Source of the DNA: Candidatus Puniceispirillales bacterium
GTDB taxonomy: Bacteria; Pseudomonadota; Alphaproteobacteria; Puniceispirillales; GCA-002684695
Direction: 5' to 3'
Length of the DNA: 64,000 nt
Assembly (NCBI GenBank): GCA_045565515.1
Contig: JBJLFF010000019.1
Location: 46,960 to 110,959 of the forward strand
Of the stretch, positions 31,188-40,637 are shown piece after piece. The position numbers and the translations under genes are program-made. The stretch's first letter is position 1. Every line of letters starts with the position of its first letter. Below the pieces are notes generated by a model. The model was not told the origin of the DNA, did not search any database, and saw only the letters and a list, made by a program, of their open reading frames with translations.

Positions 31188-32125
31188 GAAAAGATATACT
31201 TCTACATTTAGGAGCTTTGGCAATACTTCTATTGCTTGAATTGCTAGGAATTTTTTCAGATTACCATCAAGGTAATTTTGCAAGAATATTAGTATTAGCA
31301 GCTTATGGTATTGGCTATAACGTTTTATTTGGTTACACTGGTCTTTTAAGTTTAGGGCATGCACTTTTTTTCTCAGCAGGACTGTACGCATCTGGCCTAT
31401 CAATTTACCACTTAGATTATAATGTTGGGCAATCATTAATATTAGCAATTTTCATTTCTGCTTTTGTCTCACTGGTGATTGGATATCTTGCTCTTAGAAC
31501 GGTTGGTGTGTCCTTTATGATTGTAACTCTCATGTTCTCACAAGTTGCCTATTTATGTATTTTGTATTTTGGAGGTGTTACGAGAGGTGACGAAGGTATT
31601 GTCATACAACAGTCAAGCAGAGTTTTTCTTTCCTTGGATTTATCTAATCCTACTATACGATACTATTCAGCTTTAATAGTATTTTCTTTATGCTTAATTA
31701 TTAACCTATGGATTGCAAAAAGTTCATTTGGCAGAGTTTTGATTGCGATTAGGGAAAACAGTGATAGAGCTCTAATGCTTGGTTATAACGTACATTTATA
31801 TAAGTTATTTTCTGTTATCATTTCAGGAACTATCTCTGGTTTAGCAGGAGCCTGTTACGGTATTTTATTTGGTTATGTAGGGGCAAGTTTTGCAGCAGTA
31901 CCATACTCAATATTTCCACTTTTATGGGTTTTAATTGGTGGTGCTGGAACTGTTTTGGGACCACTAGTAGGAGCAATTTTTATGTTTTATCTAATTGATT
32001 ATGCAAGCGATATCACGGATGCTTACATGATAATAGTTGGAATTACACTTTTGATGGTAACTTTATTTGCAAGACGTGGTTTACTAGGTGAATTAAGGTA
32101 TAGGTATTTTAAATGGATACCATAG
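31184..32125 (+). CDS. livM: branched-chain amino acid-type ABC permease
   Basis: 313 aa. YNVLFGYTGLLSLGHALFFSAG is typical of the LivM family. ATGA overlap with livH. Confidence 0.88.
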   Translation: MRKDILLHLGALAILLLLELLGIFSDYHQGNFARILVLAAYGIGYNVLFGYTGLLSLGHALFFSAGLYASGLSIYHLDYNVGQSLILAIFISAFVSLVIGYLALRTVGVSFMIVTLMFSQVAYLCILYFGGVTRGDEGIVIQQSSRVFLSLDLSNPTIRYYSALIVFSLCLIINLWIAKSSFGRVLIAIRENSDRALMLGYNVHLYKLFSVIISGTISGLAGACYGILFGYVGASFAAVPYSIFPLLWVLIGGAGTVLGPLVGAIFMFYLIDYASDITDAYMIIVGITLLMVTLFARRGLLGELRYRYFKWIP

Positions 32126-32829
32126 ACAATATTCTCCTTTACACAGAAAACATAAGTAAAAATTTCCAAGGTATTAAAGCTGTAAATAATGTAAACTTCA
32201 AAATAAATAAAAATGAAATAAGAGCTTTAATTGGACCTAATGGAGCAGGCAAAACAACTTTTGTTTCATTACTTTGCGGAAGGATTAAAGCTTCTAAAGG
32301 GAAAGTGGTTTTTGGTGGAAAGGATATTTCTGATTTTCCTGTCTATAAAAGAATTTCAAATGGAATAGGCTATACTTTTCAAATTACATCAATTTTTTTT
32401 AATTTAACTGTTTACGAAAATGTTGCCTTAGCTATTAAAAAAGATAATTCAAATGAGAAAATAAATACAGTCTCTGAAGTTCTAACTAAAGTTGGGCTTT
32501 TGGATAGGATCAATCAAAGAAGTGGAGACTTAAGTTATGGTCACCAAAGACTTCTTGAATTAGCGATGGGGATGGCTCAAAAGCCAAAGTTACTAATTTT
32601 AGACGAGCCAACACAAGGATTATCAGATTCAGAAATTGAAAATTTTAAAAAATTAATAAAAGATATTTCTTCATCGACAACTATACTATTAATCGAACAT
32701 AATATGGATGTTGTGATGTCTATAGCAGATAATATTTCAGTTCTTCATTTTGGTGAAATAATTGCTGAAGGTGATAAAAAGACTATTCAAAATGACCCTA
32801 TTGTTCAAAAAGCTTATCTGGGGGATTGA
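32113..32829 (+). CDS. livG: ABC transporter ATP-binding protein
   Basis: 238 aa. Walker A GPNGAGKTT, signature LSYGHQRLLE and Walker B LLILDEP. Confidence 0.9.
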   Translation: MDTIDNILLYTENISKNFQGIKAVNNVNFKINKNEIRALIGPNGAGKTTFVSLLCGRIKASKGKVVFGGKDISDFPVYKRISNGIGYTFQITSIFFNLTVYENVALAIKKDNSNEKINTVSEVLTKVGLLDRINQRSGDLSYGHQRLLELAMGMAQKPKLLILDEPTQGLSDSEIENFKKLIKDISSSTTILLIEHNMDVVMSIADNISVLHFGEIIAEGDKKTIQNDPIVQKAYLGD

Positions 32830-33524
32830 TGCTAACTGTTCAAAACCTGACATCATATTATTCTAATATAAAAATACTCAAAGATCTCACATTTAGTTTA
32901 CGAAAAGGTAAGGTAACATGTCTTCTTGGGAGGAATGGCGCTGGCAAAACAACAACACTCAAATCAATAATGGGTTTAGTTGATAAAACTGAAGGATTAA
33001 TATCCTTTAATGATGAAACAATATCAAAAATTTCACCCCATCATATACCTAAAAAAGGGATCGGATACGTTCCTCAAGGTAGAAGGCTTTTCTCAGAATT
33101 AACTGTTGAAGAAAATTTGGAAATAGGTCTTTTAACAAGAAGAAAAAGTGAGGTTACAAAAAATAATGTTTTAACTATGTTTCCTAAGTTAAAGGAAAGG
33201 CTAGATCAAATTTCTGGAACATTATCAGGTGGTGAACAGCAAATGTTGGCTTTGGCTAGGGCACTTTGTATTGAGCCTACTTTATTACTACTAGACGAAC
33301 CTACTGAGGGCCTTCAACCCTCTATGATTTCTCTGATTAGAAACAGTATTTTAGAATTAAAAAAACAAGGTGTTTCTATCCTTCTAGTCGAACAAAGAGT
33401 TGACGCTATTTTATCTATTGCTGATGAAATTTTGGTTATTGAAAATGGGTCTATAATTTTTTCAGCTGATGCAAAAGAAGTACAAAATGACAATAAAAAA
33501 TTATATAGTTTAATAGGTATTTAA
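32829..33524 (+). CDS. livF: ABC transporter ATP-binding protein
   Basis: Walker A GRNGAGKTT, signature LSGGEQQMLA and Walker B LLLLDEP. The ATG at 32829 overlaps the livG TGA. The track start at 32826 is TTG. Confidence 0.9.
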   Translation: MLTVQNLTSYYSNIKILKDLTFSLRKGKVTCLLGRNGAGKTTTLKSIMGLVDKTEGLISFNDETISKISPHHIPKKGIGYVPQGRRLFSELTVEENLEIGLLTRRKSEVTKNNVLTMFPKLKERLDQISGTLSGGEQQMLALARALCIEPTLLLLDEPTEGLQPSMISLIRNSILELKKQGVSILLVEQRVDAILSIADEILVIENGSIIFSADAKEVQNDNKKLYSLIGI

Positions 33525-33526
33525 AA

Positions 33527-34198
33527 TTATAATTCAGAAGTAGATAATAATTTAACCCCTTTACCTTTCATATCGTTTAAAGAATTTTCAAGTGAATTGT
33601 TTAAATCAATTGCTCTACATGCGTTCTTTATTACAGTAACATCGTAACCTAGCTTTGCTCCATCAATAGCAGAAAAATAAACACAGAAATCCAACGCCAA
33701 GCCACAAAGGTAAATTTTATTAATTCCCCTTGATTTTAAGTACCCATCTAAGCCAGTTGGTGTTTTTTGGTCGTTTTCAAAGAATGCTGAATAACTATCA
33801 ATTTCAGGCCTAAAACCTTTTCTGATTATAAGGTCTGCATTATCAGTAATTAATTTTGTATGAAATTTAGAACCTTCAGTCCCTTGTATACAATGATCTG
33901 GCCATAGAACTTGCTTGCCGTAGAACATTTCAACCATTGAAAGTGGGTCTTTACCATCGTGATTAGATGCAAATGATTTATGTGTATTAGGATGCCAGTC
34001 CTGAGTTATAATTTTTATTTTGAACTGCTCTTGAATTTTATTTGCAATTTCAACTACCTCGTCACCTTGATTTACTGCTAAGGCCCCACCAGGACAAAAA
34101 TCATTTTGAATGTCAATTAATACTAATGCTGTATCTTCACCAAAATTACTCATCATTAATTTACCTAAAGAATTTATATTTAATTTATAATTCAACAT
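33527..34198 (-). CDS. pncA: nicotinamidase/pyrazinamidase (isochorismatase family)
   Basis: ALVLIDIQNDF start block, DWHPNTHKSF metal site and catalytic Cys block LCGLALDFCV. The start may instead be the ATG at 34156 (MMSNFGED), which has AGGT upstream. Confidence 0.85.
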   Translation of the reverse strand: MLNYKLNINSLGKLMMSNFGEDTALVLIDIQNDFCPGGALAVNQGDEVVEIANKIQEQFKIKIITQDWHPNTHKSFASNHDGKDPLSMVEMFYGKQVLWPDHCIQGTEGSKFHTKLITDNADLIIRKGFRPEIDSYSAFFENDQKTPTGLDGYLKSRGINKIYLCGLALDFCVYFSAIDGAKLGYDVTVIKNACRAIDLNNSLENSLNDMKGKGVKLLSTSEL

Positions 34199-34282
34199 AT
34201 TTTTTTTAAAATATAGTTTTAATTTTATTTTAGTATTAAAATTATCTTGAAAGATTGGATTTAATATTTAACAGGCATACTT

Positions 34283-35108
34283 ATGGTTGAAGAAAAAATT
34301 AAATCAATGAAGTTATATAACTTTATTGACCGTGTATATAATGAGCTTAAAGAATTAGGTAAAGAAATTGAAGGAGATTTATCAATTGATGAATTGTCTT
34401 CATTTGATCAATTACATTACCATGGCACCGAATCTATTGATTTTACTATAGAAAAGCTAGGTATAAATAGTAACTCAAGAGTTTTAGAAATTGGCTCTGG
34501 TATTGGTGGGCCCTCAAGATATTTAGCCCAAGCAACTGGTGCAAAAGTAACAGCTCTAGAACTTCAAGAAGATCATCATCTAGTTGGAATAGATTTAACT
34601 AAAAGATGTGGGTTGGAAAATAATGTTGAGCATTTATGTGGTGATTTTTTAGACATGTCTTTGCCAGCTGAAAATTATGATGCAATTGTGAGTTGGCTCG
34701 CTCTATATCATATACCTGATAGAGATAAATTATTAGAATCATGTTTAAAAATTCTTAAGCCTAATGGTTATTTTTTTTGCTGAAGATTTTGCTTGTCATC
34801 AACCTTTTAGTGATGGCGAAAAGTCTGAGCTTTCAAAAGATTTTTTTGCTAATTATATTGTTAGTTACTCTGATTATAATTCTGATCTTATCAAAGCAGG
34901 ATTTTCAGAAATTGTTTCAGATGATATGACAATAAGCTGGAGTGATTTTACTAAATCAAGGCATAAAGCCTATAAAGATAATATTGCTAGGCACACAAGA
35001 GTTCATAATGAAACTGTAGTTGAAAATATGCTATATTTTTACAACTTTGCCATGAGGTATTTAGATGGTGGTAAACTTGGTGGAATTAGAATATATGCTA
35101 AAAAATAG
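34283..35108 (+). pseudogene. class I SAM-dependent methyltransferase interrupted by a 1-nt frameshift in a T8 tract
   Basis: The two track ORFs 34283-34783 and 34764-35108 are consecutive parts of one protein. Motif I is VLEIGSGIGGPSRYLA. Removing one T from 34771-34778 joins ...LKILKPNGYFF to AEDFACHQPF... Confidence 0.8.
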
Positions 35109-35129
35109 GTTATTTATCAGAAAATTTAT

Positions 35130-36614
35130 TTAGCGCATCTGAAATGGGTTTGACATAGGCTCATCAGATGTATTAATCCAAACTGTTTTGATGCGTGTAT
35201 AATCATGAATTGCCTGCATTCCGCTTTCTCTACCATAACCAGAGTCCTTATAACCCCCAAAAGGTGCAATTGGAGAGACAACTCTGTATGTATTAACCCA
35301 AACAATTCCAGCTCTAAGCGCTTTAGTGACCCTTAATGAACGAGCACCATTTTTTGTAAAAACTCCTGCAGCTAAACCATATTTTGTATCATTAGCTAGT
35401 TTAATAACTTCTTCTTCACTCTTAAATCTTATTACACTCAGGACTGGACCAAATAGTTCCGTATCTACTATTTTTAATTTTTGATCGTGGCAATCAACAA
35501 TAGTTGGTTCATAAAACCAGCCTCCATTCGGATTTGAAGGTCTTTTTCCTCCATGTAAAATTTTAGCACCCTGAGCCTTAGCATTAGAAATTTCATTTTC
35601 AATCAAATTCATTTGACCTAAAGTAGCTAATGGGCCCATTTGCGTTTCTTCTTGAAGAGGGTCACCTAATTTGATTTTTGAAGCCAAATTGAGCATTTTA
35701 TCTAGAAATTCATCAGCAATACTCTCATGTAAGTATAGCCTAGAACCTGCTACACAGCTTTGTCCACTTGCTCCAAATATTCCAGCAATGGATCCATTCA
35801 CAGCACTTTCAATGTCGGCATCATCAAAGACAATAAAAGGTGACTTTCCTCCAAGTTCTAGAGAAACTTCTGCAAAATTTTCAGCTGAGTTTCTTATTAC
35901 ATGTCTTGCTGTAGATGGTCCCCCCGTAAAACTAATCCTGTGTACTAATGGATGAGTTGTAAGAGTTTTTCCACATGGATCTCCATGACCAGAGATAATG
36001 TTTACAACTCCCGGAGGGAAACCTGCTTCCTCTATAACTTTCCCAAATTCCAGCATTGCTGCTGATGCATGTTCTGATGCTTTTAAAACAACAGTATTCC
36101 CAGCAGCTAGTGCAGGACCTATTTTCACAGCAACTAAAAATAATTGTGAATTCCACGGTACAATTGCAGCAATCACCCCTAAAGGTTCTCTTACATTGAA
36201 TGCGTACATGTCTGGTTTGTCTATTGGAAGTGTGGCTCCTTCTATCTTATCAGCTAAACCTGCATAATAATGAAAGTATTCTGCAATATATTTTGCCTGC
36301 CATCTTGTTTCTTTTAATAACTTTCCGGTATCAATAGATTCTATTTTACCTAATTCTTCAGATTTATTAGCTAGAAGGTCACCTAATTTTCTTAAATATT
36401 TACCTCTTTGGGTTGGAGTAATTTTAGACCACTCACCTTCACTGAATGCATTATACGCAGATTCTACAGCTTTGTTTACATCTGAAGCTGATGCTTCTGG
36501 TATAAGCGCCCATGGTTTTCCTATGCTTGGATTTATACTTTCAAAAGTTTCACTTTTTTCACTTCCAATCCATTCACCATTTACAAACATTTTGTAAGTT
36601 TCAAGATTACCCAT
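35130..36614 (-). CDS. NAD(P)-dependent aldehyde dehydrogenase
   Basis: 494 aa. ELGGKSP block and catalytic Cys block GQSCVAGSRLY. Confidence 0.92.
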   Translation of the reverse strand: MGNLETYKMFVNGEWIGSEKSETFESINPSIGKPWALIPEASASDVNKAVESAYNAFSEGEWSKITPTQRGKYLRKLGDLLANKSEELGKIESIDTGKLLKETRWQAKYIAEYFHYYAGLADKIEGATLPIDKPDMYAFNVREPLGVIAAIVPWNSQLFLVAVKIGPALAAGNTVVLKASEHASAAMLEFGKVIEEAGFPPGVVNIISGHGDPCGKTLTTHPLVHRISFTGGPSTARHVIRNSAENFAEVSLELGGKSPFIVFDDADIESAVNGSIAGIFGASGQSCVAGSRLYLHESIADEFLDKMLNLASKIKLGDPLQEETQMGPLATLGQMNLIENEISNAKAQGAKILHGGKRPSNPNGGWFYEPTIVDCHDQKLKIVDTELFGPVLSVIRFKSEEEVIKLANDTKYGLAAGVFTKNGARSLRVTKALRAGIVWVNTYRVVSPIAPFGGYKDSGYGRESGMQAIHDYTRIKTVWINTSDEPMSNPFQMR

Positions 36615-36726
36615 TATAAATCACCTATACTTTAAATTTTTATTCTTACATATTCAGCATGATTTTTATTCCACGTCAAATAACTTAAGTATATAAATGA
36701 AAGAAGTATTTTGGAGAAAATGTTTA

Positions 36727-37113
36727 ATGAGCAAAAAAAAAGTTATAGGAGATCCTGTTGTGATCGGAGGACGAACTTTATCTTTATCACGAGCTATTAG
36801 AGCAGGTGATTTTGTTTTTCTTACAGGGCAGGTTCCATTCAAGAATGGTGAAGTTATGACACAAGGCACTATTGAGGAACAAACAATTGCAGTTTTAGAG
36901 GATATTAAAAAAACTCTTGGATTAGCTAATTGTAATTTTAAAGATGTTGTAAAAGCAATGGTATGGTTATCCAAAAAGGACTACTTCCCAGGTTTTAATA
37001 AAATCTTTAGTACATATTTTCCTAAAGACCCTCCAGCTAGATCAGCAGTTGTTAACGAATTACTAGTTGATGTAAAAGTTGAAATCGAAGTAATTGCATA
37101 TAAGCCAGAATAG
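36727..37113 (+). CDS. RidA/YjgF-family enamine/imine deaminase-like protein
   Basis: GDFVFLTGQVPF and ARSAVVNELLVDVKVEIEVIAY blocks. The ATG at 36727 gives a family-typical 128 aa. The track start at 36697 would add 10 aa. Confidence 0.85.
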   Translation: MSKKKVIGDPVVIGGRTLSLSRAIRAGDFVFLTGQVPFKNGEVMTQGTIEEQTIAVLEDIKKTLGLANCNFKDVVKAMVWLSKKDYFPGFNKIFSTYFPKDPPARSAVVNELLVDVKVEIEVIAYKPE

Positions 37114-37118
37114 AATTT

Positions 37119-37913
37119 ATGAAAACTTTTTATAATAGTGGTTCGTCTATTAATTTAGTCTCTTCAAACGGTCCTTATGTTATTATGGTTCATGGTTTAG
37201 GCCTTAATAAAAAAATGTGGGGATGGCAAACTAATGAACTATCAAAAAACTTTAGCGTTGTAACATATGATTTGATTGGTCATGGGGAGAGTAAAGATCC
37301 TGAGGGAAAATTAAATTTAGAGAAGTTTTCTAAGCAAATTTATGAAATAATGAATTTCTTATCTATCAAAAAAACTGCCTTAATAGGATTTTCTCTGGGT
37401 GGAATGATTGCTAGAAAATTTGCTATTAAATATAGTGAAAAATTGTGGGCTTTGGCAGTTTTAAACTCTGCTCATAAGAGAGATCAAAAAGCCAAAGATG
37501 CCGTTCAATTAAGGGTAAACAAAGTTAAAATAGATGGCCCTCAAGCTACAACAGAGGATGCACTTAATAGATGGTTTACAGAAGAATATAGAAAAAATAA
37601 TCCTGATGTAATGAATAAAATTAGGAATTGGGTAATGGAAAATAAAAAAGATGTTTACCCAAAGGCTTACCAAGTTCTTGTTGACGGTGTTGATGAGCTA
37701 TTAGATCCATCTTTACCAATAAATTGCCCAACACTTATTTTAACTGGTGATGAAGATTTTGGAAACTCCCCTCAAATGTCTTCAGAAATATCAAAACAAA
37801 TCAAAGGATCAGAATTAAAGATCTTGCCAGGTTTAAGACATATGGCATTAATAGAGGATGCTAGTACTGTTAACAACTTACTATTAGAATTCTTACTTAG
37901 AAACGTTAATTAA
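37119..37913 (+). CDS. alpha/beta-fold hydrolase
   Basis: 264 aa. HGLGLN oxyanion region, nucleophile elbow GFSLGG and C-terminal GLRHMALIED. Confidence 0.85.
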   Translation: MKTFYNSGSSINLVSSNGPYVIMVHGLGLNKKMWGWQTNELSKNFSVVTYDLIGHGESKDPEGKLNLEKFSKQIYEIMNFLSIKKTALIGFSLGGMIARKFAIKYSEKLWALAVLNSAHKRDQKAKDAVQLRVNKVKIDGPQATTEDALNRWFTEEYRKNNPDVMNKIRNWVMENKKDVYPKAYQVLVDGVDELLDPSLPINCPTLILTGDEDFGNSPQMSSEISKQIKGSELKILPGLRHMALIEDASTVNNLLLEFLLRNVN

Positions 37914-37940
37914 ATATTTAAATTAGAGTTTAATTATAAA

Positions 37941-38870
37941 ATGCAATTTGATAAATTAGAATATAGGAAAACATTAGGACAGTTTGTAACAGGTGTTACT
38001 ATTGTTACTACTACGTCTGAGGATGGCACTCCAAGAGGATTTACAGCTAATTCCTTTACATCAGTATCATTAGATCCTCCTTTAGTCTCAATATGTATTG
38101 GGGATTTCAATGAAGGAATTGATATATTTAAAAATTCTAAATATTTTGCCATTAATATTTTAAATGAAAATCAAATGGAAATCTCAAATATATTTGCAAC
38201 ACCATCTCAAAATAAATTTGATAATACAAAATGGTTTAAAGGTGATTTAGGGGCGCCAATTATAGAAAATTCTCTCGCATGGTTTGAGTGTTGTAATTTT
38301 GAACAAATTAGATCTGGAGACCACATAATTTTAATCGGAAACGTAAAGTCTTTTAAAAAAGATAGTGGTTATCCATTAGGTTATTATAATGGAAGTTATA
38401 TAAAATTTAATAACGAAACTTCCTTGGTCAGTGCAATTGAGAAAAACACAAAAACAATCGTCGGTATGATTGTTGAAAACGAAACATCTATTTTATTTTT
38501 TGAGGATAAGGAAAATAATGTTTTGTCTTTACCCAAGGTTGGTGGCAATGGTGGACCTTCAAATACTACAACTCTAATCGATAAATATTCTAGTGTTGGA
38601 TTAAATGTAAAACTTGATTTTGTCTACTCTGTTTATGAGGATAATAAACAGGATGCTGTATGTATATATTATAGATGTAAAGCTAATGGAAAACCTCCAG
38701 ATAAACATAAATATATAAAATTTAATGAAATCAGTTGGGATAAAATTAAAGATGAAGCATTAGTTATAATGCTCAAAAGATATATAGAAGAGTCTAACCA
38801 TGGTAATTTTGCAATTTATATGGGTGATGAAACTAAAGGACAAACTCAAATTCTTAACAAAGGAGACTAA
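37941..38870 (+). CDS. flavin reductase domain protein with an uncharacterised ~150-aa C-terminal domain
   Basis: 309 aa. The N-terminal ~160 aa match the HpaC/flavin reductase-like pattern (FVTGVTIVTTTSEDGTPRGFTANSFTSVSLDPPLVSICI). I could not recognise a family for residues ~160-309. Confidence 0.8.
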   Translation: MQFDKLEYRKTLGQFVTGVTIVTTTSEDGTPRGFTANSFTSVSLDPPLVSICIGDFNEGIDIFKNSKYFAINILNENQMEISNIFATPSQNKFDNTKWFKGDLGAPIIENSLAWFECCNFEQIRSGDHIILIGNVKSFKKDSGYPLGYYNGSYIKFNNETSLVSAIEKNTKTIVGMIVENETSILFFEDKENNVLSLPKVGGNGGPSNTTTLIDKYSSVGLNVKLDFVYSVYEDNKQDAVCIYYRCKANGKPPDKHKYIKFNEISWDKIKDEALVIMLKRYIEESNHGNFAIYMGDETKGQTQILNKGD

Positions 38871-38872
38871 TC

Positions 38873-39475
38873 ATGAAACTTCAAATTAGAAAAATAGTTA
38901 CTTTTGAAGAAGAAATATTTATTGAAGGAGAAAAGGAAGCTACTCAACCGCTTAAATTATTTGGAGTTGCAGCTGTCGTAAAAAATCCTTGGTCTGGAAG
39001 GGGATTTGTTGATGACTTAAAACCAGAAATAAAGTCTTTTGGACCAATTTTAGGTAAAGAATTAACTAATCGTATTATTGATTTAGCTGGTGGGGGTGAT
39101 AAGATCGAAGCTTATGGTAAGGCATGTATGTCCGGACTTAACTGTGAGATTGAACTATCTTCAGCTTTAATCCATACTCTTCATTTTGGAAATTTTTATA
39201 GGGATGCAGTTAAAGCAAAGAGCTATCTTGGTTTCACAAATACAAGAGGACCTGCAAATACACAAATTCAGGTGCCACTTATGGATAAAAATGACTCAGG
39301 TCGAAGGTCACATTATTTAACTGTTCAATTTTCTATATCTGATGCACCAGCAAGTGATGAGTTAATAGCAGTTTTTGGTGGCGCAAATGGTGGCCGCCCT
39401 CATCATAGGATAGGAGATCGATACTCTGATTTGTCAGAATTAGGTCATGATGTTGATAATCCTGCAGGAGTATAA
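38873..39475 (+). CDS. AA_synth/DUF1185-like ('amino acid synthesis' family) protein
   Basis: 200 aa. Pattern IRKIVTFEEE...AAVVKNPWSGRG...YGKACMSG...DAPASDELIAVFGGANGGRPHHRIG matches my memory of this family. An HMM search is needed to confirm. Confidence 0.7.
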   Translation: MKLQIRKIVTFEEEIFIEGEKEATQPLKLFGVAAVVKNPWSGRGFVDDLKPEIKSFGPILGKELTNRIIDLAGGGDKIEAYGKACMSGLNCEIELSSALIHTLHFGNFYRDAVKAKSYLGFTNTRGPANTQIQVPLMDKNDSGRRSHYLTVQFSISDAPASDELIAVFGGANGGRPHHRIGDRYSDLSELGHDVDNPAGV

Positions 39476-39500
39476 ATATTAACTGTTAGAAGTTTTTAGG

Positions 39501-40637
39501 ATGAATAAAGATTTAGAAGGAATACAAGTAATTACTCTAGAACAAGCGGTAGCTGCTCCTTACGCTTCAGGTAAATTAGCACAGGCTGGTGCAAGAGTTA
39601 TCAAGATTGAAAGAGCGGAAGGTGACTTTGCACGAAGATATGACTCTGATGTTAATGGTTTAAGTGCATATTTTGTATGGTTAAACCATGGTAAAGAGTC
39701 TGTTTGCTTAAATATTAAAGATGCTGAAGATCTTTTAATTCTTAAAAATATTATCTCTAAATCAGATATCTTTATTCAAAATCTAATGCCTGGAGCAACT
39801 AATAGAATAGGTATAAGCAGTAAAAGTTTAAGAGAGAAATACCCTTCATTAATTACATGCGATATAAGTGGCTATGGACAAAGTGGTCCATATAGTAAAA
39901 TGAAAGCTTATGATCTTTTAATACAAGCTGAAAGTGGTTTAGCTAATATAAATGGTTCTTCTCAAGAACCAGGGCGTGTAGGAGTTTCTGTATGTGATAT
40001 AGCCGCAGGAATGACTTCTTTTCAAGCTATCTTGCAAGCCTTAATTGGAAGAAATAAAACTGGGTTAGGAAGGGGAATAGAAGTTTCCTTATTCCATTCA
40101 CTTTCTGATTGGATGAATGTCCCTTACTTGCAAACTGTTTATGGGAAACGGAAAGTCAAGAGAGCGGGATTGCATCACGCTACAATTGCACCATATGGAG
40201 TTTATAAATGTAGGCAAGATGAACTAATTCTAATTTCAATTCAAAATGAGCGTGAGTGGTCAAGTCTTTGCAGTTTAGTACTTAAAAAAACTGATTTGAT
40301 TGAAAAAGATAATTTTTCAAATAATAGTAATAGAGTTATTAATAGAAATAGGCTTGATCAAATTATTAATGACGTATTTGGAAGTATGTCGAGAAAGGAT
40401 ATAATAAAAAGACTTCAGGATGCTGATATAGCTTATGGTCAATTAAGCACCGTTGAAGATCTTGCTGACCATCCCCAAAGCAATTTTATTAGTGTTCAAA
40501 CTTCAGAGGGGGAAATTAGTCTCTTGTCACCAGGAGCAGTAATAAATGGTGAAGAAGTTACTTTTGGAAAAGTGCCTTTTTTAGGAGAGCATACTAATAA
40601 AATAAAAAATGAATATAAAAACTTAAAGAATGATTAA
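39501..40637 (+). CDS. family III (CaiB/BaiF) CoA-transferase
   Basis: 378 aa. N-terminal signature LEGIQVITLEQAVAAPYASGKLAQAGARVIKIERAEGDFARRY. Confidence 0.88.
   Translation: MNKDLEGIQVITLEQAVAAPYASGKLAQAGARVIKIERAEGDFARRYDSDVNGLSAYFVWLNHGKESVCLNIKDAEDLLILKNIISKSDIFIQNLMPGATNRIGISSKSLREKYPSLITCDISGYGQSGPYSKMKAYDLLIQAESGLANINGSSQEPGRVGVSVCDIAAGMTSFQAILQALIGRNKTGLGRGIEVSLFHSLSDWMNVPYLQTVYGKRKVKRAGLHHATIAPYGVYKCRQDELILISIQNEREWSSLCSLVLKKTDLIEKDNFSNNSNRVINRNRLDQIINDVFGSMSRKDIIKRLQDADIAYGQLSTVEDLADHPQSNFISVQTSEGEISLLSPGAVINGEEVTFGKVPFLGEHTNKIKNEYKNLKND

Noticed and set aside
29112-31448. Minus-strand ORFs 29112-29357 and 31164-31448
   Set aside because: They are antisense to the SBP and livH/livM genes and have no supporting signals.
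35671-36974. ORFs 35671-35955(+), 35932-36156(-, alternative frame), 35998-36267(+) and 36666-36974(-)
   Set aside because: They are antisense to, or frame-shifted within, the ALDH and RidA genes. None has recognisable motifs.
37934-38152. Minus-strand ORF (72 aa) antisense to the flavin reductase N-terminus
   Set aside because: It overlaps the most conserved part of the flavin reductase domain on the opposite strand.
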